DNA from: Carcharhinus longimanus
Taxonomy: Eukaryota
Assembly (NCBI GenBank): GCA_030264375.1
Contig: JASCQW010000133.1
Span: forward strand, 16,743,584 to 16,807,583
Length of the DNA stretch: 64,000 nt
Direction: 5' to 3'
How positions within the stretch are numbered: the first letter of the stretch is position 1; each line of letters opens with the position of its first letter. Positions 12,412 through 24,612 of this stretch are shown here, one piece after another. Below the pieces are notes generated by a model that was given only the letters and a program-made list of their open reading frames with translations, was not told where the DNA came from and did no database searches. The translations under genes and the position numbers were made by a program.

Positions 12412-12920
12412 ATTGCAGTATTAACGCTGCCACTCTGAGCCAGAAGCTCTGGGTTCAGCTCCCACTAAATGACCAAGGTGTCTTTACAATATGGCCAAAC
12501 AAGTTGAGTATCAACTTGTAAATGCTTTCAACATATGCTGATGACAAGCAGTAAGAGCAGGGGAGATTCCTGGTCAGCAAAGGGATTGAAAGCAATTGGA
12601 ACTTAAAGAACAAAAAGAACAAAGAACAACCCAGCACGGGAAACAGGCCCTTCGGCCCAACAAGCCCGCGCCACCACATNNNNNNNNNNNNNNNNNNNNN
12701 NNNNNNNNNNNNNNNNNNNNNNNNNNNNNNNNNNNNNNNNNNNNNNNNNNNNNNNNNNNNNNNNNNNNNNNNNNNNNNNCACCTAAAACACTTGTACCCA
12801 GGAACATTCAGCTGCCAGTCCTGCCCTTCCTGTAACCACGTCTCTGTTACAGCCACTTCTACCATCATTATTCATAACTCCTGGCTACAACATGCAACTA
12901 TGTCACCACAGCAACTCAGG
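12412..12920 (+). mobile_element. tRNA-derived SINE split by a CR1 insertion
   Basis: Head CTCTGAGCCAGAAGCTCTGGGTTCAGCTCCCAC (B-box-like). The body stops at GCAATTGGAACTT (12604) and resumes at TTCTACCATCATT (12857). Confidence 0.6.
12605..12856 (-). mobile_element. Young CR1 LINE, interior hidden by an N gap
   Basis: An (AAAGAAC)n tail and 3' stem-loop GGCCCTTCGGCCC lie left of the gap. Right of the gap the minus strand encodes the endonuclease motif VAVTETWLQEGQDWQLNVPGYKCFR. Confidence 0.9.
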
Positions 12921-13272
12921 CAACTTTGGGGTGCAATTGGCTGGGTGGCCAGTGTAGATCAGATTGTTGCCAATATCGTGGGATTTGATTGCCATTGTGG
13001 TGAGGGTAAATTTGGGCATTGCCTCTTTGGTCTATCTTTGATGGAAGTTATGGGGCTGTGGGTCAGGCCTGCCTTTGAACAGAAGCCCCATTGACAACAG
13101 CGGGGTCAGAAGTTTCCACCATCAGTCAATGAAGGACCATCTACTCCATCGTGAAACATGCAGCGGGTTGCAAGGAGAATTCGCCCCAAGTCTCCTAAAA
13201 TCTAGAAAGGTGTTACCAATATCAAGTTGGAAACAGTTGTGCTGTTCATTTGTTTCTAAAATGAAAGGCGGT

Positions 13273-13995
13273 TGTTATCATGTGATAGCTGATTAACATT
13301 CTTACTTTGACACAAAGCTAATGTATTTCCCATTACCGTGGGGTTGGGGATAGAGGAAGTCAGCTTTGAGATCAAGTGGCAGGCTGCCTCAGAAACTGTA
13401 TAGCGAAAACAGATAGCAAATCTTTGGCAGTTGCAGTTTGGTCTGTAGCCATATGGGAGGTGGGGCGTAAAAAGAGAAAGATGTTAGCCTGGCCTGCGCC
13501 TTAAACAGAGAAAATGCTGACCTTATCATTTGCCACGTGGAAAGCAGATGGCAGCTTGCACTCAGCTTGAAGACCTAGTTTGTGAAGAGTTAAAACAAGG
13601 CTGGAGAGTTCACCTAGGTGAAGTTAGGGGGAATCTCCTGGAAGTTTCTCACAGTAAAAAATATTATTGAGAAAGGGGAAATAAAAAGTAAACATTTGGG
13701 AGCTGAAAAACACTTTGGATTGGATCCAGGAGATCTACTTCAGACACTGAGTAATGTAACAACATTTGGTTTTGTTTGTCAATGAAAGTAGAAAGAGTCA
13801 AACCCTGTTCCATGGATTAAAGTATAACTTGCCTGTAAAAGGAAAGTAGTATTTAGTTATGTGTTTTTCTTTCATCATTGGTACAGTAAACATTCTTTTA
13901 AAATGGGAAATCTTCTTATGTGCCCTTTTTTCAGCTGATAGCTAGAAGTTCAAATAGCTCTTTAAAAGTTATTAGTTGATATGGAGATGGTAACA
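13273..13995 (+). mobile_element. Probable solo LTR (723 bp)
   Basis: Ends TGTTATCAT ... ATGGTAACA (TG..CA, 8/9 inverted). Flanks GGCGGT and GGCATT match 4/6. AATAAA near 13680. Confidence 0.55.
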
Positions 13996-14169
13996 GGCAT
14001 TTAGATACACTAAGGCAGATTTTTAGAAAATCTTACTATACAGCATTGGGCTGTATTATCTGCCTAAATTATTATAGTAGTGTAAATGCAATGCATTATG
14101 ATCACAAATATCAAATTAAAAATACCTTCAAACAAATTCAGTATGAAATTGTAGGAAAGCTGTAACATT

Positions 14170-15332
14170 GGGGGCGATTCTCCCAAAAATGCTGAATTGG
14201 TGAGAAAACTGTCCTAAATCCTGACTGTTTTCTCAGTTCAGTTTCTTACCTGAATCTCCGCATTCTGTGCATTGCAGAGGTTCCAGTCGTGAATCTCATT
14301 AAAAACCCAGGAGGATGGGGCCTATTTGTGCCAGAGTCTGTCGGTTCTGGATCTCTGCGCATGCCCGGTGGCCCTGATCTGTCAGACTCCCCTTTTGCTG
14401 GCCAACCCAATCACTGACTAATCCAGGACTCCCGCAGTGCTTCCTCTCCAATCCCCCCATGGCCCGATAGCAACATCCAAAGCAATTCCCAGGCCAGATC
14501 TGAACACCCCTCCCACCTTGCCCCCCACCCCCAACCCCGGCGCCCCGATGCACAGCCCACTTACCCCCAAGCAGTGGCAATGCCCCCCACGCCCTTCACC
14601 CCGGCAGATCGCCCCTCCCCCACCAGCCAGGCCAGGCTCCCCTCCCCACACCCAGAGGCAGGTCCCCAACCCGGCAGACCACTTCCTCCCCAGCCCACCC
14701 CAATTGCTGTTCTCCCTCCATCCCAGATCAATTCCATCTTCAGAGTGGCAGTGGGACCCCCCTACCCCCACCCCACCCTCACCAATCACCCCGTGGCCCT
14801 GTTCAAAATAGGCTCTGCCACTTTGGTACAGACTGATGCCAAATGGGCAATGCCAAGGTGCCCCCTAAGTATAGGCACTTTGCCCTTTGGACAGTGCCAG
14901 GGGCACAGGCTGGCACTGCCAAGGTGCCCATGCCCAGGGGCACCACTCCCCTCTTGCCTAACCCCCCTGGGGGGCCCCCGATTGACCCCCTTTCGTTCTG
15001 GTGGGGGTCACCTGCTAATTCCCCAAATGTGGGGAGCTAGTCTGAACCCTGCTGCAATTAAGTATTCCTGGCACGATGGGAGATTCAATCAAGAGCTGAA
15101 AAGTTCTGACAATGAACTAATAAACATACTTAAAACATTTTAAAAAGATTTAAATTACTTACCTGCCTTCGAGCTGGTTTTCAGTGTGGTCTGTCCGGCA
15201 ATGGTTCACCGGCTATGGGAGATTCACATGCGTCCCTGGCGCATGTGCAAATCCCTGTTCAAGGCCGGCGGCGTGGATCTCCCACCACAACCCGACAGAA
15301 AAGTTGTGGGTCGCGATGGAAGAATCATGGCC
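14170..15332 (+). mobile_element. Complete non-autonomous Harbinger-like element, TSD ATT
   Basis: ATT|GGGGGCGATTCTCC ... GAAGAATCATGGCC|ATT, with a C-rich interior and no transposase. Its 5' 300 bp is homologous to 25985-26332 (minus). Confidence 0.75.
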
Positions 15333-16447
15333 ATTGTCTCTCCCCTACTTGAATTTCATACTTAATTCTTAAACCAAACAATTTTGCTTTATCCATTTTC
15401 TTATGCTGTGACATATTACACAAAATTTGCAAAAGCTCAAATTTGATTCATATTGTTCAGAATCATTTTATGATAAAACAGAAATATAACAGTGCAACGC
15501 CAAAAAAAAGTGACCATTTCCTGCCTTGCAAATAATTCTCAGCAATGGGATTATAAATTATTTTGAATGATTTGCTGATTATTAATTATCTTACAGCTAT
15601 GAACCATTAAGCAATGGTTCTTACAAACCAAGTGCGTCTTATTATTGCCACTTGATTTCAATGTTATCGTTACGCTAGCTTAATTAACTGTTGAGAATTG
15701 GTATGTCTACAACAAAGCTGTATTCTGAATTTCAATCAAGCCAAGAAACTCTTCACTTAACTTTATAGTTCCATTTTTCACAGTTGCATTCAACATCACT
15801 AGCCCTAGAAAACAAAATGAGATGATTGTATTTTTGGCTTTAAAAGGAATGACTCTAAAGAGATGGACTCCAGCATCTGAGAATAGAAATCTATCTTGGA
15901 TGGTAAGGGGGACTGGATCAGCTGCCCGTATGAACACAATATTCAGCTACGCTGCCATCAATAAACTTAAATATCAGGCACTGCACAGAATGTGCAGCTG
16001 GTCCAATACTACCAAACCTCTGCCCCTCAGGGTTTTGCCTGAGACTAATTTTTACCCCACTTCATCGACATGCTATTTGTTACGTGCATGTATAAAAAGT
16101 CTGGCAACTAGTTAAAATATTTTGGGGGGAGGAATTTCTCTCAGTGCTGTATCCTACCTTGGTGAAGATATTCTCATTTAAAATATCAGCTAACAGAGGA
16201 GAACCTCATGTTTACAGGAAGTGACCAGCAGAAGTCTGAACTCCTTGAGTTATTTTTCTTAATTCATTCAACATTTTTCCGTTCAGCAAGCACAGTGCTT
16301 AATCAGAATGAAAAAAAAATGCAAAATTTATTTTGCGTTCAAGGTATTCGTAATTTTTTTGTGAGAAAGTTATTGAAGATCCCTTGTGTTCGTGGAAGGT
16401 ATTTTTTGTAGTCATACTGAGCATCCCTTTAGGTTGTATAGTATATA

Positions 16448-16778
16448 GGGATGGCACGGTGGTACAGTAGTTAGCAGTACTGCCTCACAACATCAGGGAC
16501 CTGGGTTCAAGTCCGGCCTTGGGTGACAGACTGTATGGAGTTTGCACGTTCTCCCGATGTCTGCATGGGTTTCCTCCAGCTGCTCCGGTTTCCTCCCAGA
16601 CTCCAAAGACGTGTAGGCTAGATTGATTGGACATGCTAAATTGAGTGTTAGTGTGAGGGGCATTAGTCGGCTAAGTATGTGGGTTATGCAGATAGGGTGG
16701 AATTATTGTTGGTGCAGAATTGATGGCTGCCTTCTGCACTGTAGGGATTTGCTGATTCTCTGATTCTAAATATTCTAG
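16448..16778 (+). mobile_element. HE1 V-SINE, tail type A (CR1/HER1-like)
   Basis: Head GGCACGGTGGTACAGTAGTTAGC, V-domain, tail CTTCTGCACTGTAGGGATT..GATTCT. Confidence 0.92.
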
Positions 16779-17834
16779 AAAATCTATCCTTTAGAGTGAT
16801 ATAGAAGTGAGTAGGAGATAATATTGTTACATCATTGTGACTACCATATCGACGTTGCAATTCTCTTTGTCCTGAACATTTCCTACTGCCTGGGTTCACT
16901 CATAATCACACTCCATTGATCACTAACAAGTGTTTATTTCTATGTCACCCAAAAGCACAGATCTAGAAGTATCAGGCTGGGCTCTGGTTCTATAGACAGT
17001 TGCAATTAGTCAGTCAAAACAACGTATTAGGTGCTGAAAGCAAAGAAGCTTTTAGGGACTACAGTGTGCTAAAACCGAACGGTTCACTTCAACCATCAGG
17101 CATTCAATATCTTCAGCAGCACCAAATGTTTGTTGGAGGGAGGGCCGCTCAATATTCATATATTCCTGCTCTCCTTTCGAAAGGCCTTTACATTGGAAGA
17201 GGAATTCAGTGTTTTTTGGTGGAAACATGATATGTCACATTTCTTTATGCATGGCTAATACTTTTTAAAATGTTGACATTGTTCAGGCACAGGCGAACAC
17301 CATGCAACTAACTATTCTATACTTTGCAGACTTTGAAATTCTTCTAAATCTAACAATAACCAGAGCTAGTTTTACATTGACTTCAGTTTCACATTAAAGG
17401 ATTTATGACTTGAGTGCTGATCCTGAGCCTGGTTTTGCTTATTCTCAATCTCTCTAGTGCAACGGCCCACTCATATTATTAATGAATATATTTTATATAT
17501 ATTGTACACACACAGTAGCCACAGTTGAGGCATGTGCTGTTTCACTTATATGATGTATAATGTTATCAGACCCAATACAGTAATTGACTAAGTTGAATTA
17601 CATTTTTATTGCACCGTGTTGTAGAAGTATTGATGATAGTTTAGTCCTTACTAAGTTGATTATGTCTGTTTCTGCATGGTCACTGTAAATCTGCAATGTT
17701 GATTATATGTTCATGTAGCTTGTGTTAATTTTAATGCTCATCTCTTGTGAAAGCCTGGGATGCAAAAGAATACAGAAGGAGAGATAATCCAGCTGGGACG
17801 CAGGCACTCAATGTACCTGGAAGAGTTAAAAGAT

Positions 17835-18384
17835 GGGTGGCACAGTAGCACAGTGTTAGCACTGCTGCCTCACAGTGCCAGGGACCCGGGTTTGATTTCA
17901 GCCTGGGGTCACTCTCTGTGTGGAGTTTGTGCATTCTCCCCATGTCTACGTGGGTTTCCTCCGAGTGCTCCGATTTCCTGCCACAGTCCAAAGGTGGGCA
18001 CAGTAAGAAGTCTCACAGTACCAGGTTAAAGTCCAATAGGTCTATTTGGAATTATGTGCTTTTGGAACGCTGCTCCTTTTCACATCTGATGAAGTTGCAG
18101 CGCTCCAAAAGCTCATGATTCCAAATAAACCTGTTGGACTTTAACCTAGTGTTGTGAGACTTCTTACTGTGCCCACCCCAGTCCAACGCCATCGTCTCCA
18201 GATCATGATAGTCCAAAGATGTGCAGATTAGGTTGATTGGCCATATTTGATTGCCCCTTAGTGTCAGGAGGATTAGCAGGGTAAATATGTGGGGTTATGG
18301 GGATAGGACTTGGATGGGATTGTTGTCAGTGCAAGTTCGATGGGCCAGATGATCTCTTTCTACACCATAAGGATTCTATGATTC
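17835..18384 (+). mobile_element. HE1 V-SINE, tail type A, interrupted by a palindromic insert
   Basis: Head GGGTGGCACAGTAGCACAGTGTTAGCACTGC and tail GGATTCTATGATTC. The V-domain is split at AGTCCAAAG. Confidence 0.92.
17994..18207. mobile_element. Penelope-type palindromic element with decayed hammerhead core
   Basis: 80-nt inverted arms (17994-18073 and 18097-18176, 72/80 by hand). CTGATGA at 18086. TSD ACAGTCCAAAG / ATAGTCCAAAG. Confidence 0.75.
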
Positions 18385-20569
18385 AAAGATGAAGTTTTCA
18401 TAGTGTTGGAAACCTGGTTGTGGGGTCTGGAAGGTCTGGTGGTATCTGGTGGGAGATCAGTGACATTGCAATTTGGTAGCATTTGGGTTCGGTAATGAGA
18501 TGGGCATTCCAATTTGTGACAGTGCTGCTGGGGTGGAATGTCAGAGTCAGGGAACACTGGGAGAAACTGGAAGGTGGTGCTACAAGGGCAGATATCTGGA
18601 AGCATTGGGAATAGGGTTATGTGTTTTGAGACCACTGATCTAGGAAATTCTAAATGTAAACATAGGAATTAATAATGAAAAAGCTGACAGCAAATATTAA
18701 AAATTAGAAGCACGAAGTAAGGATTTGTACACAGGAAATGCTGATTTAAATAATTAATGTGTAATTTTAATATAATCAAGAGACATTGAAAACAAACCTT
18801 GACATCTAATTTATTATTTGTTATACATGGATTTAAAATGAAATATAATGCAGATTTAAATTGTGAGTATGTTTTCAATTTATTTTATTGCAAATAATTA
18901 TTCAAATATAGTCACAGGATCCAAAAGCAAAGCAAGATACATTTTTACAATAAATTATTTGATACAAACTATTATAAAAACATGTCATTTCTCGCAGAAG
19001 TATAGCAAATCCATGAGAGTTCTTAGTTAAAGTCATATAGTTCTCTCAAAACTCTAATATCTGGTTTGACGTAAGCTACAATCCTCTGTACATTTGTAAC
19101 TCACTTTAGCACAATTAAGTGAAACAGCCTTGGCATGGACCAAGATTCACATTTGGCTCTTTTGGTGGGTTCACTCTGTGCACCACTTTTTTTACAACCC
19201 AACCACACCTACCAATGCCACACCACACCAGGGCTGGAAATATAGGCCCAGCTGTAAGCCCCAGCTGTTGGTATCAGAGCTGCAGTTAGAAAACAGAATC
19301 CAGAAGATTTCCCAAGATGGAAAAATTAAGGGGTCGAGAGAAGAGAAAATCCAAACATAACTTTCAGCCTCCCAAACTTGGCTGAATACCCTTTTGAGAT
19401 CTTCTGATTTGTAAAGGGAACCCAGGGTCAAGGCTCAGTGTCAACTCATTTAGGTACACTTGAAATTCAGAGCCCTTGTGATGAAGTTCGAGTAAAATGA
19501 GGTGGGAAGCCTGGAAAAAGCTCTCTCCCGTCATTTAAATCAAAATACTTAGATTGTGCCTGTGGCAGGTGCAGCAGTTCAGCTATTTCTCTTTACTTGA
19601 AGTAAGTTCCTGGGGCCATGTAAAGGGGACAGAATCCACCTAATTGGGTTCCATTCTATTTCCAGTGCTTTATGTCTGAGAATGCACAATCTCCAGACAT
19701 AAACTACACACAAATTTCTCTTTATATGTCCCTTGGATCTGAAATCCCACCCTCTCTCATCACCGCAGAACAGAGACATGTTTTCAAGCACACAGTTTCA
19801 GCATGGGTAATGATTGTCCTACCTTCTCAACACTTTTTATAGTCAGTAATGTCTATCCATTCTGAAACTTTCATATCCACACTGGAGACATTTGCTCCCA
19901 CTATGGACAGTCAATGATAGGGATGGGAAACTTTTACTGTAAAAAAAAAATTACATTAGCATTAAATTCAACACAAATTCTCCCAGGTTGGGTTTCTCAA
20001 ATCCACTGAAGAATTACCTCAACTCCAAGAAAAAGGTCACTGCCAAGACACCAGCACAATTCTAAATCTCACGCTATCCAGCCTGAGGAACAACATTGTC
20101 TCAAATAAAGGGGGTTTGTTCTGCTGAGTGGTTCCTCTCCTGGCATTTCATAAACACAAGTGGGAAGTATTTCATCTCTTCGCCTTGTAGCTCAAATGAT
20201 AGGCCAAGGGGGTGATGAGATAGATTGTTCCAAAGTACCATGTCAATCACTTTTCCATCGCTGCTATATTAAAACGTGCATTTAAAGAATTTATTTGAAA
20301 ATGCACAGGGATTGATTAAGATTTAACCAAGAGGACATTGGCAGAGTTCCCAAAAAAAAATGATTGTTTCCTCTGGTAATAATTCAGGGGCAAAGGAGAC
20401 CTGAAAACTAGACATTATCATCATGAATTATAGTGGTATGAGCTTATTCAGTTTATGTAATATTTATAATAGCATTGTGAATCCACACTGCCTGGTGTCA
20501 TTACCAATCTATTTACTAATGAAATTCTGATAAACTCTTTTATAGATGCACTATAGGGAGCAATCTTTC

Positions 20570-20868
20570 TGGTTGTATCACAACTTGGTGTGGCTCTTGC
20601 TCTGGCCAAGACTGCAAGAAACTACAAAGCGTAATGAATGAAGCCCAGCCCGTTACGCAAACCAGTCTTCTATTCATTGACTCTGTCTACACTTCCCGCT
20701 GACTCGGGAAAGCAGCCAGCATATCTCAGTAACCCCAGCTATGGCTGTATCTACATTCTGTGCCCCCTCCTTTCCTTCTCTATGTACGGTATGCTTTGTC
20801 TGTAGAGCACATAAAGAACAATAGTTTTCACTGTATGTGACAATAATAAATTAAATTAAATCAAATCT
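20570..20868 (+). mobile_element. Rex1/Babar-like LINE 3' fragment, internally deleted
   Basis: Encodes DCKKLQSVMNEAQPVTQTSLLFIDSVYTSR*LGKAASI. Tail is ATGTGACAATAATAAATTAAATTAAATCAAATC. Confidence 0.7.
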
Positions 20869-21289
20869 TAAGATATGTAAACCAAATCAGAGTTTGTGAT
20901 ATCAACTGGAAACTCTCCTCACGCAAACACCTCCAGACATAAATTAAATTGTATTATTATTGTTTGTCACCATCTTTTAAGGTGGCAAAACACTTTGCTG
21001 TTTTATTTAAGTAGACGTGCTTTCCCAAGATGTTACCAAGTCAAGCCAAGTTGCTCCTGTATTTTTCTCAGCAGTTAGTAACTCTTTGACACTGCAGGAA
21101 CTGAGGAGCAGGTCACTTGACCAGTCTGTGATGGCGAACCTGTAAAAAAGTTCAAGGTTTCATGGCACAATGTTACTGCCTGTCAATTTGTTCCACATTT
21201 ATCACTTACGCATACAAGTCTCACAGAAAAGGCTATATTTCAATGGCGCACACTCTCAAGATGCAATGTACAGTAAACCAATCTAGCTG

Positions 21290-21615
21290 CATATAGAGAG
21301 AAACTGTTTCCGATAGAAAAAAATCAGGAATGAGTGGATACAGATTTAAAGTGATTTGCAAAAGAAGCAAATGTGCTGTGAGAAAAAGCTTTTTTCACAC
21401 AATGAGTGGTTCTGCTCTGCCTGGAAGTGTGGTGGAGGCAGGGTCAATCAAACCATTCAAAAGGGCATTGGGTGATGACTTGAATAGAAACAATGTGCAC
21501 GGATATGGGGAAAAGGCAGGGAAATGGCACTAAGCCATAATGCTCATCTGGAGAGCTGATGCAGACATGATGGACCAAATGACCTCCTGCGCCATTATAA
21601 TTCAGCAATTCTGTG
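21290..21615 (+). mobile_element. CR1 LINE 3' end
   Basis: Reads GYRFKVICKRSKCAVRKSFF..ALPGSVVEAGSIKPFKRALGD (CR1 ORF2 C-terminus), followed by a GGACCAAATGACCTCCT tail. Confidence 0.88.
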
Positions 21616-21917
21616 ACATGGATAGTGAAACCACAAAATACACATGAAGAAAAATAAATTAATGTAAAGAAAGGACAACATCTCTCAATATACAGTAATA
21701 ACAATAATAATCTTTTCCCATGATGATGAGAACTGGTTTGTTCAGAAAACATGCAAATTCTCAATCCAATACATAGTGCAGTATCTAACCTACATAGCTT
21801 ATGCTATGGGATAGGGAGACTGTATAATACCAAATTGAACTTTGCTTTATCAATCTAGGGAATAGCATCCTTTCTTGCTGAATATTTGTCTGCACTGCAA
21901 TCTGGTGTTGAGCATTT

Positions 21918-22256
21918 GAATCATAGAAATGCGACAGTGCAAAAGGAGGCCATTCAGCCCATCGAGTCTGCACCAACAACAATCCCATCCAGGCCCTATT
22001 CCTGTAACCCCACATATTTACCTTGCTAATCCCTCTAACCTATGCACCCCAGGACACTAAGAGGTAATTTAGCATGGCCAGTTAACCGAACATGCACACC
22101 TTTGGACTGTGGGAGGAAACCGGAGCACCTGGAGGAAACCTGCGCAGACATGGGAGAATGTGTAGACTCCACATAGACTAGACAGTGACCCAAGCCGGGA
22201 ATCAAACCCAGTTCCCTGGAGTTGTGAGACAGCAACGCTAATCACTTGCCACTATG
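21918..22256 (-). mobile_element. HE1 V-SINE, tail type A
   Basis: GAATCATAGAA..CAGTGCAAAAGGAGGCCATTCAGCCCATCGAGTCTGCACC tail; V-domain and head lie on the minus strand. Confidence 0.93.
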
Positions 22257-22398
22257 TGAAAACATGTGAAAATACCAATGTCACATGTAATGAATGAAGG
22301 TAAAAAGGAGATTGGTCCAGCTGGGGTATTTTGCATGAATATTCTTTCTTTGTGGCTGAAATTGGAGACATAGGTAGCTTCAACTCTTTTGAAAAATG

Positions 22399-23175
22399 GT
22401 AAGAAGAACATAAAAGCAGAGTATTATAGAAATGGAGAAAGACTGTAAAATTCTAAGATGTAGAAGGATCTAGGTGTTCAAGTGTACGAGTAAAAAAAAT
22501 TGTATAGCAAGTAATTAAGGCAGCTAATGGAATGCTATCCTTTATTATGAGAGGGATTGAACATAAAAGCAAGGATATTATGCTTCAGTTATAGAGGGCA
22601 TTGATGAGACTGCATCTCAAGTACTGTGGGCTATTTTGGTCTCCCTTTTTCAGGAAGGATGTAAATGTGTTGCAGGTGGTTCAGAGGAGGTTTACTAGAT
22701 AGATACCTAGAATGAGCAGGTTGTCTTATGAAGATCGAATGTATGAAATTGTTTTGTTTCCGCAGGGGTTTAGAAGTCCAAGGGTGACTTGAATGAAGTA
22801 TAAAAATCCTGAATGGTCTTGACAGGTTGGATATGGAAAGGGTATTTCCTCCTGGGGACCCACAACTAGGGGGGGCACTATTTTAAAAAATTGAGGTTGC
22901 CCTTTTAGGACAGAGATGAGGCAAAATGTTTCCTCTCCGTGGGTTGTGCGACATTGGAATGCTCTGCCTCAGAAGCAGGTGGAGGCTGTGTCATCAAATA
23001 TTTTGAAAGCAGAGGTAAACAGATTCTTGTTGGGTAAGGGAATCAAAGGCTATAAGGGGTGGATGGGAATGTGGAATTCAAAACACAAACAGGTCAGCCA
23101 CAATCTCACTGAATGGTGGAGTAGGCTCAAGGGGCTGAATAGGCTACATCTGCTCCTATTTCAGATGTTTGTACT
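22399..23175 (+). mobile_element. CR1 LINE ORF2 C-terminal fragment and 3' UTR
   Basis: Motifs KDLGV, KAANGMLSFI, LYRALMRLHL, VVQRRFTR and VVRHWNALPQKQVEA. Tail GGGCTGAATAGGCTACATCTGCTCCTAT. Confidence 0.92.
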
Positions 23176-23308
23176 GTAAATTGTCCCAATATTACATTCC
23201 AATCAGAGGAGCAAAGGTATTAGGGAATGTACACAATTGGTGTGGGGATACAAATGGCATATGTAACAAATAAACATGTATAATATCACCATGGTACAAC
23301 AAATTAAA

Positions 23309-23414
23309 ATGATGTGGAGATGCCATCATTGGACTGGTGTGGGCACAGTAAGAAGTCCAACAGGTTTATTTGGAACCGTGAGCTTTTGGAGCACTGTTCC
23401 TTCATCAGGTGAGT
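23309..23414 (-). mobile_element. Penelope-type terminal repeat with hammerhead-like core
   Basis: Same family as 17994. Minus strand reads CTGATGA-AGGAAC-AGT-GCTCC-AAAA-GCTC. Confidence 0.7.
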
Positions 23415-23540
23415 CCTCTCTGCAGTCTACCACTCTTACTTTGCAACAAACAAAGCATCAATTTTTAGAAGAAGGAACAGTTCCCCAAACCCATTCTCAA
23501 AAGATATTGTTAAAAATATGTGGGCATTCCAGATTGTGCC

Positions 23541-23872
23541 AACATGCCACTCAATGGTTAGCATTGCTATCTCAAAGCACCAGGGACCTGGGTTCAATTC
23601 TGGCTCGGGTGACTGTGTGGAGTTTACCTGCATGGGTTTCCTCTGGGTGCTGTAGTTTCCTCTGAAAGAGTAAAGTTTCCACCTATAGTCCAAGGATGGA
23701 CAGATTAGATGGATTGGACATGCTAAATTATCCATTAGTGTCCCAAGGATGTATAGGTTAGGGAAATTAGCAGGGTAAATACGTGGGGTTGTAGGGTTAG
23801 CCTGGATATGAGTCGGTGCAGATTCAAATGGCCACCTTCTACACTGTAGGGTTTCTATTATTCTATGATCTA
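23541..23872 (+). mobile_element. HE1 V-SINE, tail type A (diverged)
   Basis: CAATGGTTAGCATTGC..CAGGGACCTGGGTTCAATTC head and CTGTAGGGTTTCTATTATTCTATGA tail. Confidence 0.88.
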
Positions 23873-24275
23873 ATCCTCTTTGCCACCGGAATTGTTTTTA
23901 TGATTTCCACTTAATTAATTCTTCTTCTCTCACATTTTTTGCTTTTATATTTGACACGTGAATGCACTGTAAGTAAAGAGTGAAACAGGTGAGGCTTGTA
24001 CTGAACTCTTCTGGCATGCTTTGCTTTTCATTTTCTGTACACTGTGAATCAAATTCAACAAAAGCAAAACTGGTGGCATTGCTTGGCTGATCTAATTTCA
24101 CTCAGGAGCAGGATGTCCTTGCAGGAAAAATGTTGAGGTGGCAACAGTCTAAAGAAAAATTAGAGGCTTTCTGGACCACAATCCACGACACCAGGTGGAC
24201 TCACATCAGCTAGAAACTAAGTTAACAAATAAATGGACTCACATCACTTGTGACATTAGATCAATGATATATTTG

Positions 24276-24389
24276 CGGCAGAATTCTATCACCTCGCCCG
24301 CCACAGAATCCAAGCGGGTGAGGGGTGAACGTCTTGAACTCAGGCAGAGATTTCCATTCTCGCTTGAATGAGGCTGTAAAATGCCACCC
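24276..24389. mobile_element. Harbinger-like MITE (reverse orientation to 3361)
   Basis: CGGCAGAATTCTAT ... GAGGCTGTAAAATGCCACCC. Confidence 0.7.
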
Positions 24390-24612
24390 ATTTTTCAGGC
24401 GTTAGTAATAGTTTCTCTGACTATTTTTCTTCTGTCTGGTCAAATCGGTCAACCGTGCTGCCATTTAAGGAGGATAACTGAATTGTCAGAATGGCATTCA
24501 GGTCTGACAATGCAACAACTCATACAGTACAAAAGGCAACAGTTTCTTATAGTACCCAATCAAAAGAACTTTGAGTTCATGGCCCAAATTTTCCAATCAG
24601 TTTCAGAACACT

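Noticed and set aside
14299-15143. Long Pro- or Gly-rich ORFs (up to 189 aa)
   Set aside because: They arise from the C-rich, stop-poor interior of a non-autonomous element and show no transposase motifs.
19130-19900. Possible very old L1/Tx1 ORF2 relic on the minus strand
   Set aside because: Only vague motif resemblance (VHRV.., ..VWEAE); not supportable without a search.
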